A stretch of 64,000 nucleotides of DNA from the human T2T-CHM13v2.0 reference genome, Homo sapiens (GCF_009914755.1 NC_060941.1), one strand, 5' to 3'; shown: positions 28,456-47,963, counted from the stretch's first letter. Program-made: numbers and translations. The notes: generated from the sequence alone by a model not told the origin.

Positions 28456-31400
28456 GGTGGAGGAGAATGGCCAACCAAAGGCAGCTAGTGTATGCCACTC
28501 TCATAGAGAGAAATAGGATGAGTAAATATAGCACCTTCAACTGAAACATCCTGGCACACGTGGGGATTCATCAAGAAAAACCTCAACCCAAGAAGAACAA
28601 AGAAAAGTATGGCAGGACCCACCCAAGAGTGACACAGAGCCAGTGAAGCCTCTAAAAAGAAACGATGCAAGAACTTTGGCAACTGAAATAGCCAGACTTA
28701 TTCCCTACAAATGACAGCACCAGTTCTCCAACAAGGGTTCTTAACCAGGCTAAGTTGGCTGAAATGATGGAAATGAGATTCAGATTATGGATAGCAACAA
28801 AGATCATCACAATTCAGAATGACAAAACTCAATCCAAGAAAACTAAGAATCACAATAAATTGATACAGGAGCTGACATATGAAATAACTAGTATATAAAA
28901 GAATCTAACTGCTCTGATAGAGCTGAAATCACACTACAGGAATTTCAAAATGCAATCACATGTATTAAGAGCAGAATAGACAAAGCTGAAAAAACAATCT
29001 CAGAACTTGAAGACTGGCTTTCTAAAATAAAAGTTAGAAAAAAAATAAAGAAAAGGAATCAATGAAACCTCTGAGATATATGAGATTATGTAAAGAGACC
29101 AAATATATGAACCACTGGCATCCCTGAAAAGGGTGAGGAGAACACAACTTAGAAACCACATTTCATGATATCATCCATGAAAACCTCCCCAACCTCACTA
29201 AAGAGGCCAACAGTCAAATTCAGGAAATACAGGGAACCCTTGCAAGATTCTACACAAGAAAATAATCTTCATGACACATAATCATCAGATTTTTCAAGGT
29301 CAAAATGAAAAAAAAATGTTAAAGACAGCTAGAGAGAAAGAGCAGGCCACCCACAAAGGGAACCCCATAAAGCTAACAGTAGACCTCTCAGCAGAAATCC
29401 CACAAATCAGATGAGATTGAGGGCCTATATTTAACATTCCTAAAGAAAAAAAAAATCTTCAACCAAGAATTTTATATCCAGCCAAACTAAGCTTCTGAAG
29501 TGAAAGAGAAAAGATCCTTTCAGATAAGCAAACATTGAAGAAGTTTGTTACAGTGAGACCCACCTTTCAAGAGATCTCGAAAGGAGCATCAAATATGGAA
29601 AGGAAATACTATTACCAGGCAATACAAAATACTATTACCGGGCAATACAACAACATATTTAAATACAGACCAGTGACAACTTAAGCAACCACGCAAATAA
29701 GCCAGCATAATAACCAGCTAACAACACAATAACAATATCAAATCCAAACACATAAATACTAACCATAATTGTATATGGGCTAAATGTCCCATTTAAAAGG
29801 CACAGAGTGGCAAGTTGGATAAAAAAGCAAGAACCAATAATATGCTGCCTTCAAGAGACCCATCTCACATGCAATGACACCATAGGCTTAAAATAAAGAC
29901 ATGGAGAAGTATCTTCCAAGCAAATGGAAATCAGAGTACAACAAGGGTTGCAATTCTAATATCAGATAAAATAGACATTAAAACAACAAAGACCAAAAAA
30001 GGACATTACACAATGGCAAAGGGTTCAATTCAACAAAAAGATATATGCATATATCACATATATATAGATATATATATAGATATATATCCTAAATATATAT
30101 GCACCCAACACAGGAAGTAAATGCTTAGAGATTTTCCTGCAGACTTAGACTACCACACAATAATAGTGGGAGACTTCAACACTCCACTGACAGTATTACA
30201 GAGGTCATCAAGGTAGAAAATTAATAAAAATATTCAGGACCTGAAATCAACATTGAACCAAATGGATCTGATAGACCTCTAAAGAACTCTTCACCCAAAA
30301 ACAACAGAATATACATTTCATCACCACATGGCACATAATTTAAAACCAATCACACAATCAAACATAAAACAATCCTCAGCAAATGCAAAAGAAATGAAAT
30401 TATGCCCAACACACTCTCAGACCACAGTGCAATCAAATTAGAAATCAAGACTAAAAATTTTGCTCAAAACCATGCATTTATGTGGAAATTAAACAAACTG
30501 CTCCTGAATAACTTTGGTATAAATAATGAAATTGAGGCAGAAATCAAGACGCTCTTTCAAACTAATGAGAACAAAGATACAACATATCAGAATCTCTGGG
30601 ACACAGCTAAGGCAGAGTTAAGAGTGAAATTTACAGAAATAAATGCCCACACCAAAAAGTTAGAAAGATCTCAAATTAGCAACCTAACATCACAACTAAA
30701 ACAACTAAAGAACCAAGAGCAAACTAACCCCAAAGCTAGCAGAAGACAAGAAATAACCAAAACCAGAGCTGAACTAAAGGAGATGAAGACATGAAAAATT
30801 ATTCAAAACGTTACCAAATCCAGAAGTTGGCTTTTTTTTAAAAAAAAAAAAAAAAAAAAAGGAAGATAGGCCACTAGCTAGATGAATAAGGAAGAAAGGA
30901 GAAAATATTCAAATCAACACAATTAGAAACAACACAGGGAATGTTACCACCAACACCACAGAAATACAAACAACCATCAGAGACAACTACAAACACCTCC
31001 ATGCACACAAACTAGAAGACCTAGAAGAGATGAATAAATTCCTGGACACATACACCCTCCCATGACTGAACCAAGAGGAAATTGATTCCCTGAACAGACC
31101 AATAATGAGCTCTGAAATTTAATCGGTACTAAACAGGCTACCACCCAAAAAAAGCCCAGGACCAAATGTATTCACAGCCAAATTCTACCAGATGTGCAAA
31201 GAAGAGCTGGCACCATTTCTACTGAAATTATTCCAAAAAACTAAGAGGAGGGAGTCCTCCCCAACTCATTTTATGAGGCCAGAATCATCCTGATACCAAA
31301 ATCTGGAAAAGACACAACAAAAACAGAAAACTTCAGGCCAATATCCTTGATGAAAATAGATGTAAAAATCCTCAACAACATTATTGCCCACCAAATCCAG

Positions 31401-32787
31401 CAGCATATCAAAAAGCCTATTCACCACAATCAAGTAGGCTTTATCCCTGGGATGCACGTTTGGTTCAACAAAAACAAATAAATAAATGTGATTCATCGCA
31501 TAAACAGCACTAAAGACAAAAACCACACTATTGTCTCAATGCATGCAGAAAAGGCTTTCAATAAAATTCAACATCCTTAATGTTAAAACTCTCAATAACC
31601 TAGGTATTGAAGGAACAGCCTCAAAATAATAACCGTCATTTATGACAAACCCACAGCCAACATCACACTGAATGGGCAAAAGCTGGAAGCATTCCCCTTG
31701 AAAACTGGCACAAGACAAGGATGCCATCTCTCACCATTCCTATTCAACATAGTATTGAATGTCCTGGCTAGAGCAATCAGGCAAGAAAAAGGAATAAAGA
31801 GCATCCAAATAGAAAGAGAAGAAGTCAAACTATCCTGGTTTCCAGACAACATGATTCTATACCTACTATAAAAAAAAAAGAAAAACCCATAGTCTAAGAC
31901 CAAAAGCTCCTTAAGCTGATAAACAACTTCAGCAAAGTCTCAGCATACAAAACCAATGTAAAAAAATCACTAGCGTTTCTATATACCAATAACAGTCAAG
32001 ATGAAAGCCAAATCAGGAATGTAATCCCATTCAAAATTGACACAAAAAAGAATAAAATACCTAGGAATACAGCTAACCAGGGAGGTGAAGGATATCTACA
32101 AGGAGAACTACAAAACACTGCTCAAAGAAAACACAGATGACACAAACAAATGCAAAAATAAAAAATAAAAATTCCATGCTCATGAATAGAAAGAATCAAT
32201 ATCTTTAAAATGGCCATACTGCCCAAAGCAATTTGCAGATTCAATGCTATTCCTATTAAACTACCAACAACATTCTTCGCAGAGCTAGAAAAAAGCTTTA
32301 AAAAATTCATATAGAACAACAACAACAACAAAAAACTGCCTGAATAGCCAAGGCAATCCTAAGGAAAAAGAACAAAGTTGGAGGCATAATATTAGCTGAC
32401 TTCAATCTACACTACACGACTACAGTAACTAAATCTCATGGTACTGGTACAAAAACAGACACATAGATCTATGGAACAGAATAAGGAGCCAAGAAATAAG
32501 GCCACACACCTACAACTTTCTGATCTTTGACACAGCTGAGAAAACAAGCAATAGGGAAAAACTATCTATTTAATAAATGGTGCTGGGATAACTGGCTAAC
32601 CATATGTAGAAGATTGAAACTGGACCTCTTCCTTTCACCATACATAAAACTCAACTCAGGATGGATTAAAGACTTAAATGCAAAACCCAAAACTAAAAAT
32701 TCTGGAAGAAAACCTAGGCAATACCACTCTGGACACAGTAACTGGCAAATATTTTATGACAAAGATGCCGAAGGCAATTACAACAAA
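28456..32787 (+). mobile_element. L1PA13-16-type element (short 5' UTR, ORF1, most of ORF2), lacking its 3' end, nested in L1MA
   Basis: A second L1 5' start, ORF1, and ORF2 fragments at 30402-30794 ([10 protein letters not shown]...[10 protein letters not shown]) and 32527-32832 ([10 protein letters not shown]). Confidence 0.85.
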
Positions 32788-35603
32788 GGATCATTAGTGG
32801 CTGCTATAAGCAACAATATGCCAATAAATTGAAAAATCTAGAAAAAAAAGTACAGATTCCTGGACACATACAACCTATCAAGACTACACCATGAAGAAAT
32901 CCAAACCCTGAACAGATCAGTAACAAGCAATGAGATCAAAGTCATAATAAAAATATCTCCCAGAAAGAAAAGCCCAGGACCCAATGTTTTCACTGTTGAA
33001 TTCCACCAAACATTTAAAGAAGAACTAATACCATTTCTATTCGAACTGCTCTGAAAAATATACAGAAGACAGAATACTTCTTAACTCATCCTATAAGGCC
33101 AATATTACCCGGATACCAAAGCCAGAGACACATCACACAAAAAAAAAAAAGAAAAAAAAGAAAACTACAGGCCAATATATCTGATGAATATTGATGCTAA
33201 CATCCCCAACAAAATACTAGCAAGCCATATTCAACAATACATCTAAAAGATAATTCATTATGACCAATCAGGATTTATCCCAGGTACGCAAGGATAATTC
33301 AATATATGCAAATCAATAAATGTAATATATCATATCAACAGAAGGACAAAAACCATATAATAATTTCAATTGATGCTGAAAAAGCATTTGATAAAATTCA
33401 ACATCCCTTCATGATGAAAACCCTCAAAAAACTCAGCATAGAAGAAACATACCTCAACATAATAAAAGCTACATGAGACAGATTCACAGCTGGCATCATA
33501 ATAAGCAGGGGAAAACTGAAAGCCTTTCCTCTAAGGTCTGAAAAGATACAGGGATGTCCACTCTTACCACTATTATTCAACATAGTACTGGAAGTCCTAT
33601 CTTGAGCAATCAGACAAGAGAAAGAAATGTAGGGCATCCAAACTGGAAAGGAAGAAGTCAAATTATCCTTGTTTGTAGATGATATGTTCTTATATTTGAA
33701 GAAATCTAAGGACTCCAGCAAAAACATTTTAGAATTTATAAAAAAAATTCAGTAAAGTTGCAGGATACAAAGTCAACATACAAAAGTCACTAGCATTTCT
33801 ATATGTCAACAGTGAACAATCTGCAAAATAAATTTAATATTTAATCCCATTTATAATAGCCCCAATTTAATTAAATACCTAGGAACTAAGAACTGAAAGG
33901 TCTATACAATAAAAAATATAAAACACTGATGAAAAAAATTGAAGAGGAAACAAAAAACTTGAAAAATATTTCATGGTCATGGATTGAAAGAATCAACATT
34001 TTCAAAAGCTTCATACACCCAAAGGAATCTACAGATTCAATGTAATCTCTATCAAAATACCAATGACATTATTCACAGAAATAAAAAAAAATCCTAAAAT
34101 TTATATGGAACCATGAAAGATCCCAAATAGCGAAAGCTTTTCTGACCAAAAAGAACAACCCTGGAGGAATCACATTACCTGATTTCCAATTGTGCTACAG
34201 AGCTATAGTAACCAAAACAGCATGGTACTGGTATAAAAAAAGAAACATAGACTAACAGAACAGAATAGAGAACCCAGAAACAAATCCACACACCTACAGT
34301 AAACTCTCTTTCCACAAAGAAGCCAAGAACATAACCTAGGGAAAAGATAGTCTCTTCAATAAATGGTGCTGGGAAAATGGAATATCCATATACCAAAAAA
34401 ATAAAACTTGACCCTTATATCTCACCATATATAAAAGTCAAATAAAAATGAACTGAAGCCTTAAATCTAAGACCTCAAACTATAAAAATACAAGAAAACA
34501 CTGAGGAAACTCTCCAGGATATTAGAGTGGGCAAGGATTTGAGTATTACCATATAAAAATAGGCAATCAAAGCAAAAATGGACAAATGGAATCATATCAA
34601 GTCAAAAAGCTTCTGCCCAACAAGGGAAACAATCAATAATATATATAGACAGCCCACATAGTAGGGAAAAAATTTGCAAATTAACCATCGGACAAGGGAT
34701 TGTTAACCAGAATATATAAGGAGCACAAACAACTCTGTAGGGAAAGATCTAATAATCTGATTTTTAAATGGGCAAAAGATTTCAATAGACATTTCTCAAG
34801 ACATACAAATGGCAAACAGACATATGAAAAGGTACTAAATATCAATGATTGTCAAATAAATGCAAATTAAAACTTCAATGAGATATCATCTCATCTTGGT
34901 TAAAATGGCTTATATCCAAAAGATAAGCAATAAAAAATATGGGTGAGAAGGTGGGAAAAGGGAACCCTCATACAATATTGATAGGAATGTAAATTAGTAC
35001 AACCCCTATGGAGAACAGTTTGGAGGTTATTCAAAAAACTAAAAATAGAGCTACCATGTGATCCAATAATCCCACTGCTGAGTAGGTAACTCCCCAAAAT
35101 GAAATCATTATGTTGAGTGGTATCTGCACTCTCATATTTGACACAGCTCTGCTCGCAATGGCCAAGATTTAGAAGCAACCTAAATGTCCATGAACAAATG
35201 AAGGGATAAAGAAAATGTGGTACATATACACAATAGAGTACTATTCAGCCATAAAAAAAGATAGAGATTCAGTAGAAGGATGGTTACCAGATGCTGGGAA
35301 GGGTATTGGTTGGGTTGCGGAGGAGATGGGAATGGTTAATAAGTACAAAATAAATAGAATGAATGAATAAAACCTAGGATATAATAACATAAGAGGGGAT
35401 TATAGTTAATAACAATTTAATTATACATTTTGAAATACTAAAAGTATAATTTGTTTATAATTCAAAGGATAAATACTTGAGGAGATGAATATCCCATTTT
35501 ATATGATGTGATTATTACACATTGTATGTCTGTATCAAATCATTTCATGTGCCTCATAAATATATACACTTATTCTGTACCCACAAATGTTAAAAATAAA
35601 TAA
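32784..35603 (+). mobile_element. L1MA1/2-type element, 3' part (ORF2 RT to 3' UTR and tail)
   Basis: Restarts at ggatcattagtggctgctat; RT motif ttgtttgtagatgatatg; L1MA2-type 3' UTR (aaaggataaatacttgaggagatg...tgtacccacaaatgttaaaaataaa). Confidence 0.9.
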
Positions 35604-35605
35604 TG

Positions 35606-40779
<5,174 letters not shown>

Positions 40780-43089
40780 GGCCTTAATCTCTGCAATCCC
40801 TCCAGGGATACAGTATTGTTTTTGATTTACTATCTTTCTAGGTAGAAGCAGCTCTAATGGCTTCAATTTGCTGTTTCCCAACATTATAGCCCACACCTTA
40901 CCAGTCAGGGAGCCAATGTGGGGGTTCTGTCAGCTGCTAAATATGTCTATGCCAATTATGCATTCTGGTGCTGAGGAAATGACCACAGGGTGAGTCCAGG
41001 GACCCACTGGACCCAGTGTAAGTCAGACCTGAGCTAAAGCTCCATTAATTGCCTGACCTCCATAAGCTCCTACATAAGCTCCTACTTTAACTGGAGGACA
41101 ACAATGATGTTTTGGGTCCCCTGGAATCAACGTCAGCTCAAAGCCAGTGTCCAGTAGTCCCCAAAGTGTCTGATCATTCCCCTCTTCCCAGTGCACAGTT
41201 ATCCTGGTAAAAGGCCCTAGGTCTCCTTGGGGAAGGATGAGGTAAAGATTCACTGCATAAATTGTCAATAAAGTAGGACTTCCTCAAGGGGACCCAGCCT
41301 CCCCTTCATTGAAGGGGTTCTGGGTCTATAAACTGGCTCAAGTCTGGAAATTGATTGAGGGGCCATGATTCCCTATTTTTATAATTCAAATTAGTCTTTT
41401 GTCTATTTGACCTAGAAGTTTTCTGTTTGTATAAATTAAGTAGGAATGCAGTAGGCTTCCTATCAGTTTCACTTCTAGGAACACTATGATTTATGCAATG
41501 CTAGAGGTCTACATGAGTCAGGCTATTCTGATTGCCACTTTGCCTCTGCTGTCCATTATGGTAGCTATGCCCACCTTCCCTTTGGTGGTTGAGTGCCACC
41601 ACTTGGCCCCTCCCACCTCGGGATCCAATTATTCCCATTGTATTTAAATTCTGTAGTTGAGTGACTGTGGTCTCCACTATTAGACCTGACATACAGAGAA
41701 CAGCAATTACAGGACTCTTCAAAGATGCAGGTGCAACCCTCACAAATCTGTTCTGTAAGGCACTGGACAAGGATATGTCTTCTAGACCCTCCCAGCTGGG
41801 ATGAGTAGGTCTAGAGTGATTAATCCACTCCTCCATCCCAATCTCCCTAAGCCTTTGGATCTCTTCCTCCACATTAAACCAAGGCAGATCAGGCATTTCC
41901 AGCTCGCTCACAGTGAGCCATCTGTTAATCCATATTTCAGCTACCAAGCAAATAAACTATTAGAACCTTTTATAAGGTTCCCCGAGCTGAAACATTAAAT
42001 GCAGAGTCCCTACTTAGTGGACCCAAATCAATAAATTCAACCTGATCCAACTCTATGTTCCTTCCACCACTATCCCATACCCTTAATATCCATTCCCATA
42101 TCTGTTCTCCAGATTTCTGTTTACATAAATTAGAAAACTCAAGCATTTCTTTTCGAGTGTGTCATACATCATGGGTCACACTCTCAACCTCACCTTTGGG
42201 GGCCCACTGTGACTTTAGTCTAGTCATAGGTCCAGAAGCAAACAGGGGTGTTGGGGGTGGCTACTGAGGAGAATCAAAATTATCTTTCCTGGCAACTGCC
42301 TCAGGGGAGGCCACCAATGTTGCCTCAGGCAGCACAGAGTTTATCTCCTCAGACAAAGATGGAAAGGCTTATGGCAGCATGGGTTGAGGAGGAGACGTTG
42401 CCACTACTGGGGATGGGGAAGCTGTTTCTTCTGGCAAGAAAACGTTCATCAGAATTTACAAACTCAGTGTTCCCAGCTTCATCAGGGTCTTCCCATATGG
42501 CCCCATTCCAAGTTGCAGGGTCCCATTCTTTTCCAATCAATGCCCTCACTTTGACAATAGACACCTGGAGAGGCTGTGCATGCACCATTCATTGCAGCAA
42601 GCCACTCACATGATAAGAGCTTGTGTCTGTTTTTCCACAATTTCAGTTAACTCTCTACAGGAGATAAGACTGTCAACTCAGGGCAATCTTAGCAGATTTG
42701 AGGCTCAGTATCTGCTTCTGAAGCCAGGAAATAGAATCTGAGTTCATCATTTTCTTTCATTATTTTATCCACTGAACTTAGAAGCAACCAACCAGCTTCA
42801 TTATGTTCCTTGGCTCTCCACATATCGTCAAAGGTATTATGCATAGAGTCACTAAACTCCCTGCCACTCGTGAGCAATGAATGAGAAATGTCAAGTGCAA
42901 TTATTTTGCATAACTTTCTACACAGTTAATGCCAAGGACTATCAGTGTTCTCCATACTATTAGCAATAGAGTTCTTAGCATTTTGGGGGCTAATCATATT
43001 ACTCAGCCAACTCCAGAAACCCCAAAACCAATGAAAGAGCTCCATCCTTAATATTCTGTTCCTCTAGAACCACTCCTAGTACTAAAATC
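40780..43089 (-). mobile_element. HERV-L internal region (leader, gag, protease), 3'-truncated
   Basis: gag-like ORFs 42689-42877, 42349-42588 (KVRALIGKEWDPATWNG) and 41501-41947; protease motif LLDTG in 41023-41268. Confidence 0.92.
43070..43084 (-). promoter_or_regulatory. HERV-L primer-binding site (tRNA-Leu type, degenerate)
   Basis: Minus strand tagtactaggagtgg directly downstream of the LTR end; resembles the recalled tggtaccaggagtgg. Confidence 0.65.
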
Positions 43090-43252
43090 TGTATTAGTCA
43101 GGGTTCTTTAGAGGGACAGAACTAAAGGAATATATATATATATGTATAAAGGGAATATATATATATGTATATACATATATAAAGGGAGTTTATATATATA
43201 TGTGTATATAAAGGGAGTTTATAGATATATGTGTATATATATATATAAAGGG

Positions 43253-43293
<41 letters not shown>

Positions 43294-43552
43294 CTCTAGA
43301 GGGACAGAACTAAAGGAATATATATAATGTATGTGTATTCCTAAATATATATATATATATATATAATATATCCTAAAGGAATATATATATGTATAAAGAG
43401 TATACATGTGTGTATATATATGTGTGTGTATATATATATACATATATACACACATATATGCATATATGTGTGTATATATACACATATATACACACATATA
43501 TGCATATATGTGTGTATATATATACATATATACACATATATGTGTGTGTGTG

Positions 43553-43609
<57 letters not shown>

Positions 43610-43988
43610 GGGGTTTATTAAGTATTAACTCACATGATCACAAGGTCCCACAACAGGCCATCTGCAAGGAGGAGCAAGGAGAGACAGTCTGAGTTCCAAA
43701 ACTGAAGAACTTGGAGTCTGATATTCCAGGGCAGGAATCATCCAGCACAGGAGAAAGATGTAGCCTGGGAGGCTAGGCCAGTCTCTCTTTTCACATTTTT
43801 CTGCCTGCTTATATTCTAGCCACTTTGGCAGCTGATTAGATTGTGTCCACCTAAATTAAAGGTGAACCTACCTTTCCCAGCCCACTGACTCAAATGTTAT
43901 TCTCCTTTGGCAACACCCTCACAAACACACCCAGGATCAATACTTTGTATCCTTTAATTCAATCTAGTTGGCAGTATTAACCATCACA
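43090..43988 (-). mobile_element. MLT2A (A1/A2) 5' LTR of HERV-L, with an expanded TA-rich tract
   Basis: tgtattagtcagggttc...agagggacagaacta through cagtattaaccatcaca. Confidence 0.92.
43130..43606. repeat. (TA)n/(CATATA)n low-complexity expansion inside MLT2A
   Basis: Directly visible. Confidence 0.95.
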
Positions 43989-46900
43989 ATCAATTACTAA
44001 TAATTCCCAAAATCAAAAACAACAGATTTATATGGGTTCCCTAGTGAATTCTATCTAATTGTTTAGGAAAAAATAGTATCAATTCTCTACAATCTCCCAA
44101 AAAGAGAAGCAGAAAGAACACTTTCCAACTCATTCTATAAGGCCATGGTTACCCTAATATCAAAAATGTATAAAGACATTACAAAAAAGAAAACTGTAAA
44201 TCAATATCACTCATAAACATAAATGCAAACTCAACAAAGTATTAGCAAAAATTCCAAGAATGTATAAAAACATTTATAAAACATGACCAAGCATGTGAAA
44301 GATTTGTTCAACATTGAAGAAGTAATCAATGTAATCTACCTTATCAACTAAACAAATAAGGAAGATCATATGATCACATCAATAGCTTCAGAAAAAGAAT
44401 CTGACAAAATCCAATACGAAGTCATGTTTACTTTTAAAAAATAATCAATTAACTAGAAATGGAGAACTTCCTCAGTTGATAAAGAACATCTACAAAAACA
44501 GACTAACAAATTAGTGGTGAGAGGCTGGATGTTGTTCCCCTAACATTGGGAGCAAGGCAAGTTCCCTCTCATTACTCTTATTCCACAGTGTACTGAAGGT
44601 TCAGCTATTGTGATAACACAAGAAGAAATAAAAGGCATATGAAATGGAAAGAGATAGATAAAACTGTATTCATAGAAGGCACAATTGTTGACCAAAAAAA
44701 TCTACCAAAGAGTTTCCAAAAATCTCCCGGAATAAGTGAGTATAGCAAAGTCTCAGGGCACAAGGTCAATATACAAATGTTAGTCCCTTATATACCAGCA
44801 ATGAACAATTACAATTTGATTTTTTTTTAAAAAAATTGGGAGAATGATAATACACAGCACAGATAGGGTAGTAAAACTAAACTTTATGGTATTATAATGG
44901 TGGATGCATCTCATTGCAAACTTGTCCAAACCCATATAATCTACAACACTAAGAGTGGAACCTATGTACACTATGGACTCTATTAACAAAGATATATCAA
45001 TGTAGGTTCATCAATGGTAACACCTATATCACCCTGGTGGAGATGTTAATAATGGGGGAAGCTATGTATGTGTGATCGTATTTGGGAATCAATTTTGCTG
45101 TGAATCTAAAACCGTACTAGAATATAAAGTCTATTTTTTAAAAACGACCCTAAAAATTTGCAGTAACACTCCAAAATAGGTGTGAAACCAACAAAATATG
45201 TACAGCCTTGGTATGCAAAAACCTACGAAATACTGATGAACAAATTTAAAATAACCTAAATAAATATTCAATGTTCATGGATTAGAAGATTCAATATGTG
45301 TAAGATGTCGGTTTGTCCAAACCTAATCTATATATTCAATTCAATACCAGTCAAAATCTTAACCAGCTGATTCATTTACATCAATAAACTGATTCTAAGT
45401 CTTCTATGGAAAAAAAAAACTAAAGTTGCCAACACAATACTATAGAAAAATAAAGTTAGACTTACATAAAACATCTTATTGTGTCATACCAGTCTATTCT
45501 GAGATAAAAAGTTATTTCAACTGCATACAAAAAACTCCACACTTCTACTTCTCTGCACATGTACTTTATGTTACTGATGCAAAAATTTACTTCTTTGTAT
45601 ATTATGCATCTGTTAACCAATTTTAATGGTTATAGATACACTTACTGTGTTTGTCTTTTAACATTTATACCACGGTTAAAAGTGATTTATGCACTACCAT
45701 TACATAATTCATTATTCTGTATTTCTCTATATACTTGACTATACTTGACAGTTTGAGCATCTTGTAGTGCCAGAAAGGAAATGCTGAATGAAGCGTGTAT
45801 GTGTGTGCACGTGCACACACACACACACATACACACAGAAACAGAGGGGGTTGGGAATTATGTCAAAGGGATTCAAGCGTCAGCTGAAAGAGCTCCAATG
45901 GCTAAAGCAGAAAAATGTATATAAAAAATTAAATAAAGAACATTGGACTATAACACTAAGTATAAAATAAGTACCCATCTGTCCATACTGATGTAAATAA
46001 ATGATTGAATAAATAAATGGTAGAGAATAGACAAATCTCTCATCCAGAAAGATTCCACATAATTCATGCAGACAGTCAGTCTTTAAGAAGATGAAGCATA
46101 ACTTTCTACTCTTTAAGATTGGGCCTGTGTACAGAGACTATTCTTGATATGATTTGGCTGTGTCCCCACTCAAATCTCATCTTGAATTATAGCTCCCATA
46201 ATTCTCATGTGTTGTGGGAGGAACCAGGTAGGAGATAACTGAATCATGGGGGTGGTTTCCCCCATACTGTTCTTGTGGTGGTGAATAAGTCTCACAAGAT
46301 CTGGTGGTTTAGTAAGGGGTTTTCCTTTTTGTTTGGTTCTCATTCTCTCTTGCCTGCCACCATGTAAGATGTACCTTTCACCTTCTGCCACGATTGTGAG
46401 GCCTCCCCAGCCACACAGAACTGTGAGTCAATTAAACCTCTTTTTCTTTATAAATCACCCAGTCTTGGGTATGTCTTTATTAGCAGCGTGAAAACTGACT
46501 TATACAGACAGCTCTCCTACCAGTAAAACATGGAAAACAAGGAGGAAGATAGTAACTTCGCAGTGGAGAAAGCTGTTGGAAACTACCTCAGCCAGGTTTG
46601 ATCAAGGTTAACAATAGTGATAAATCACGCTGATAGTATGTTTCCTTGATATAATGTGATGAGAATGGCACTTTATCTCTGTGGTTATTCCTCCTAAAAA
46701 CCTATAGTATCATGAGAAAATTATACAAATCCCAATCGGGGGACATTCTGCAAAATATTTGACCATTACTAAGAATTATCAAGGTTATCAAAAACAAGGA
46801 AAATCTGAGAAACTGAAAGCCAAGAGGAGACATGACAACTAAATATGATATTAGGGATGAAATCTTGGAACAGAAAAAAAAGTCTTTAGGTAAAAACTAA

Positions 46901-47085
46901 GGCAACTTGAATTAAGTATTCACTTTAGATTAAAATAATGTATCAACATTGATTTATTAATTGTAACAAATGTACAAGTATAAGATATTAAGGGAAATCG
47001 TGTGAGGTATATGAAAACTTTCTGTACTATCATATTTTTCTATAACTCTAAACTATTACAAAAGAAAAAATAGATTTAAATAAAT
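43989..47085 (+). mobile_element. Old L1MC/MD ORF2 and 3' UTR fragments (composite), interrupted by an L1MC1-like 3' piece (about 44835-45143) and THE1B
   Basis: ORF2-like DNA (aacactttccaactcattctataaggcca) and L1MC3-type 3' UTR (aatggcactttatctctgtgg). Confidence 0.7.
46145..46506 (+). mobile_element. THE1B-like solo LTR
   Basis: tgatatgatttggctgtgtccccactcaaatctcatcttgaatt through gcgtgaaaactgacttataca. Confidence 0.92.
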
Positions 47086-47662
47086 ATGCCTCTTTCTTTA
47101 GTTATAAAGAAAAACTTTCCCAGACTTTAAAATGATAGTTCTAAATCCCATCCTTTCTGGCCATCAAGGTTTCAGAAAACCTTATTTCTTAACCTCAGCC
47201 TAGGTTGAGGTCTCAAGGGTAGGTTGTAGATTTCAATAGTAGGTTGCAGATTTCAAGAACTGCTGGAAAATTCATGTAATATATGCTAAAATGATGAGCA
47301 AGATAATTTAACCTAAGGATTATGTCAAACTGTAGGTGAAGTATCCTTCAAGATTTGTATGACAAGTAAATCTGCATGTTAATTGGGATCTGGTGCCTAA
47401 TGCAGTATCTGGAACAGTGTGGGTGTTTAATAAGTGTCAGCTATGGGAAAACCAAATACATTCATTCAATCCATTATTCCATTAATTCCTCAAAAACAAT
47501 GAAACAAAAAACTTATTCCCAAGAAATGGAAAACAGCATCCTGTCTCATAAAACTAGAAATTAATCTTTAGCATGTAATTAAATGGACTACATATTATAA
47601 AGAAAAAAAAGTGTATGCATACCTGTCTATGTGTATGTTTCCTATAGAGTAAACCTAATATG

Positions 47663-47963
47663 GGCTGGGTGCGGTGGCTCACGCCTGTAATCCCAGCACT
47701 TCGGGAGGCTGAGGCAGGTGGATCACGAGGTCAGGAGATCGAGACCATCCTGGCTAACACAGTGAAACCCCGTCTCTACTAAAAATACAAAAAATTAGCC
47801 ATGCATGGTGGCGGGCGCCTGTAGTCCCAGCTACTCGGGAGGCTGAAGGCTGAGGCAGGAGAATGGTGTGAACCCAGGAGGCAGAGCTTGCAGTGAGCCA
47901 ACATCGCGCCACTGCACTCAGCCTGGGTGACAAAGTGAGACTCCGTTAAAAAAAAAAAAAAAA
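47663..47963 (+). mobile_element. AluY
   Basis: gagatcgagaccatcctggctaacac and gaatggtgtgaaccc; TSD ctaatatg at 47655-47662 and 47964-47971; internal 7-bp duplication aggctga. Confidence 0.95.

Noticed and set aside
29604-29650. 23-bp tandem duplication at the end of L1 ORF1
   Set aside because: Ordinary slippage in a dead element.
41023-42877. Domesticated gag/protease gene
   Set aside because: HERV-L gag-pro is split across several frames with stops.
43219-43692. Tyr/Ile/His-rich ORFs (also at 23574-24019)
   Set aside because: Translations of TA/CA/GA microsatellites.
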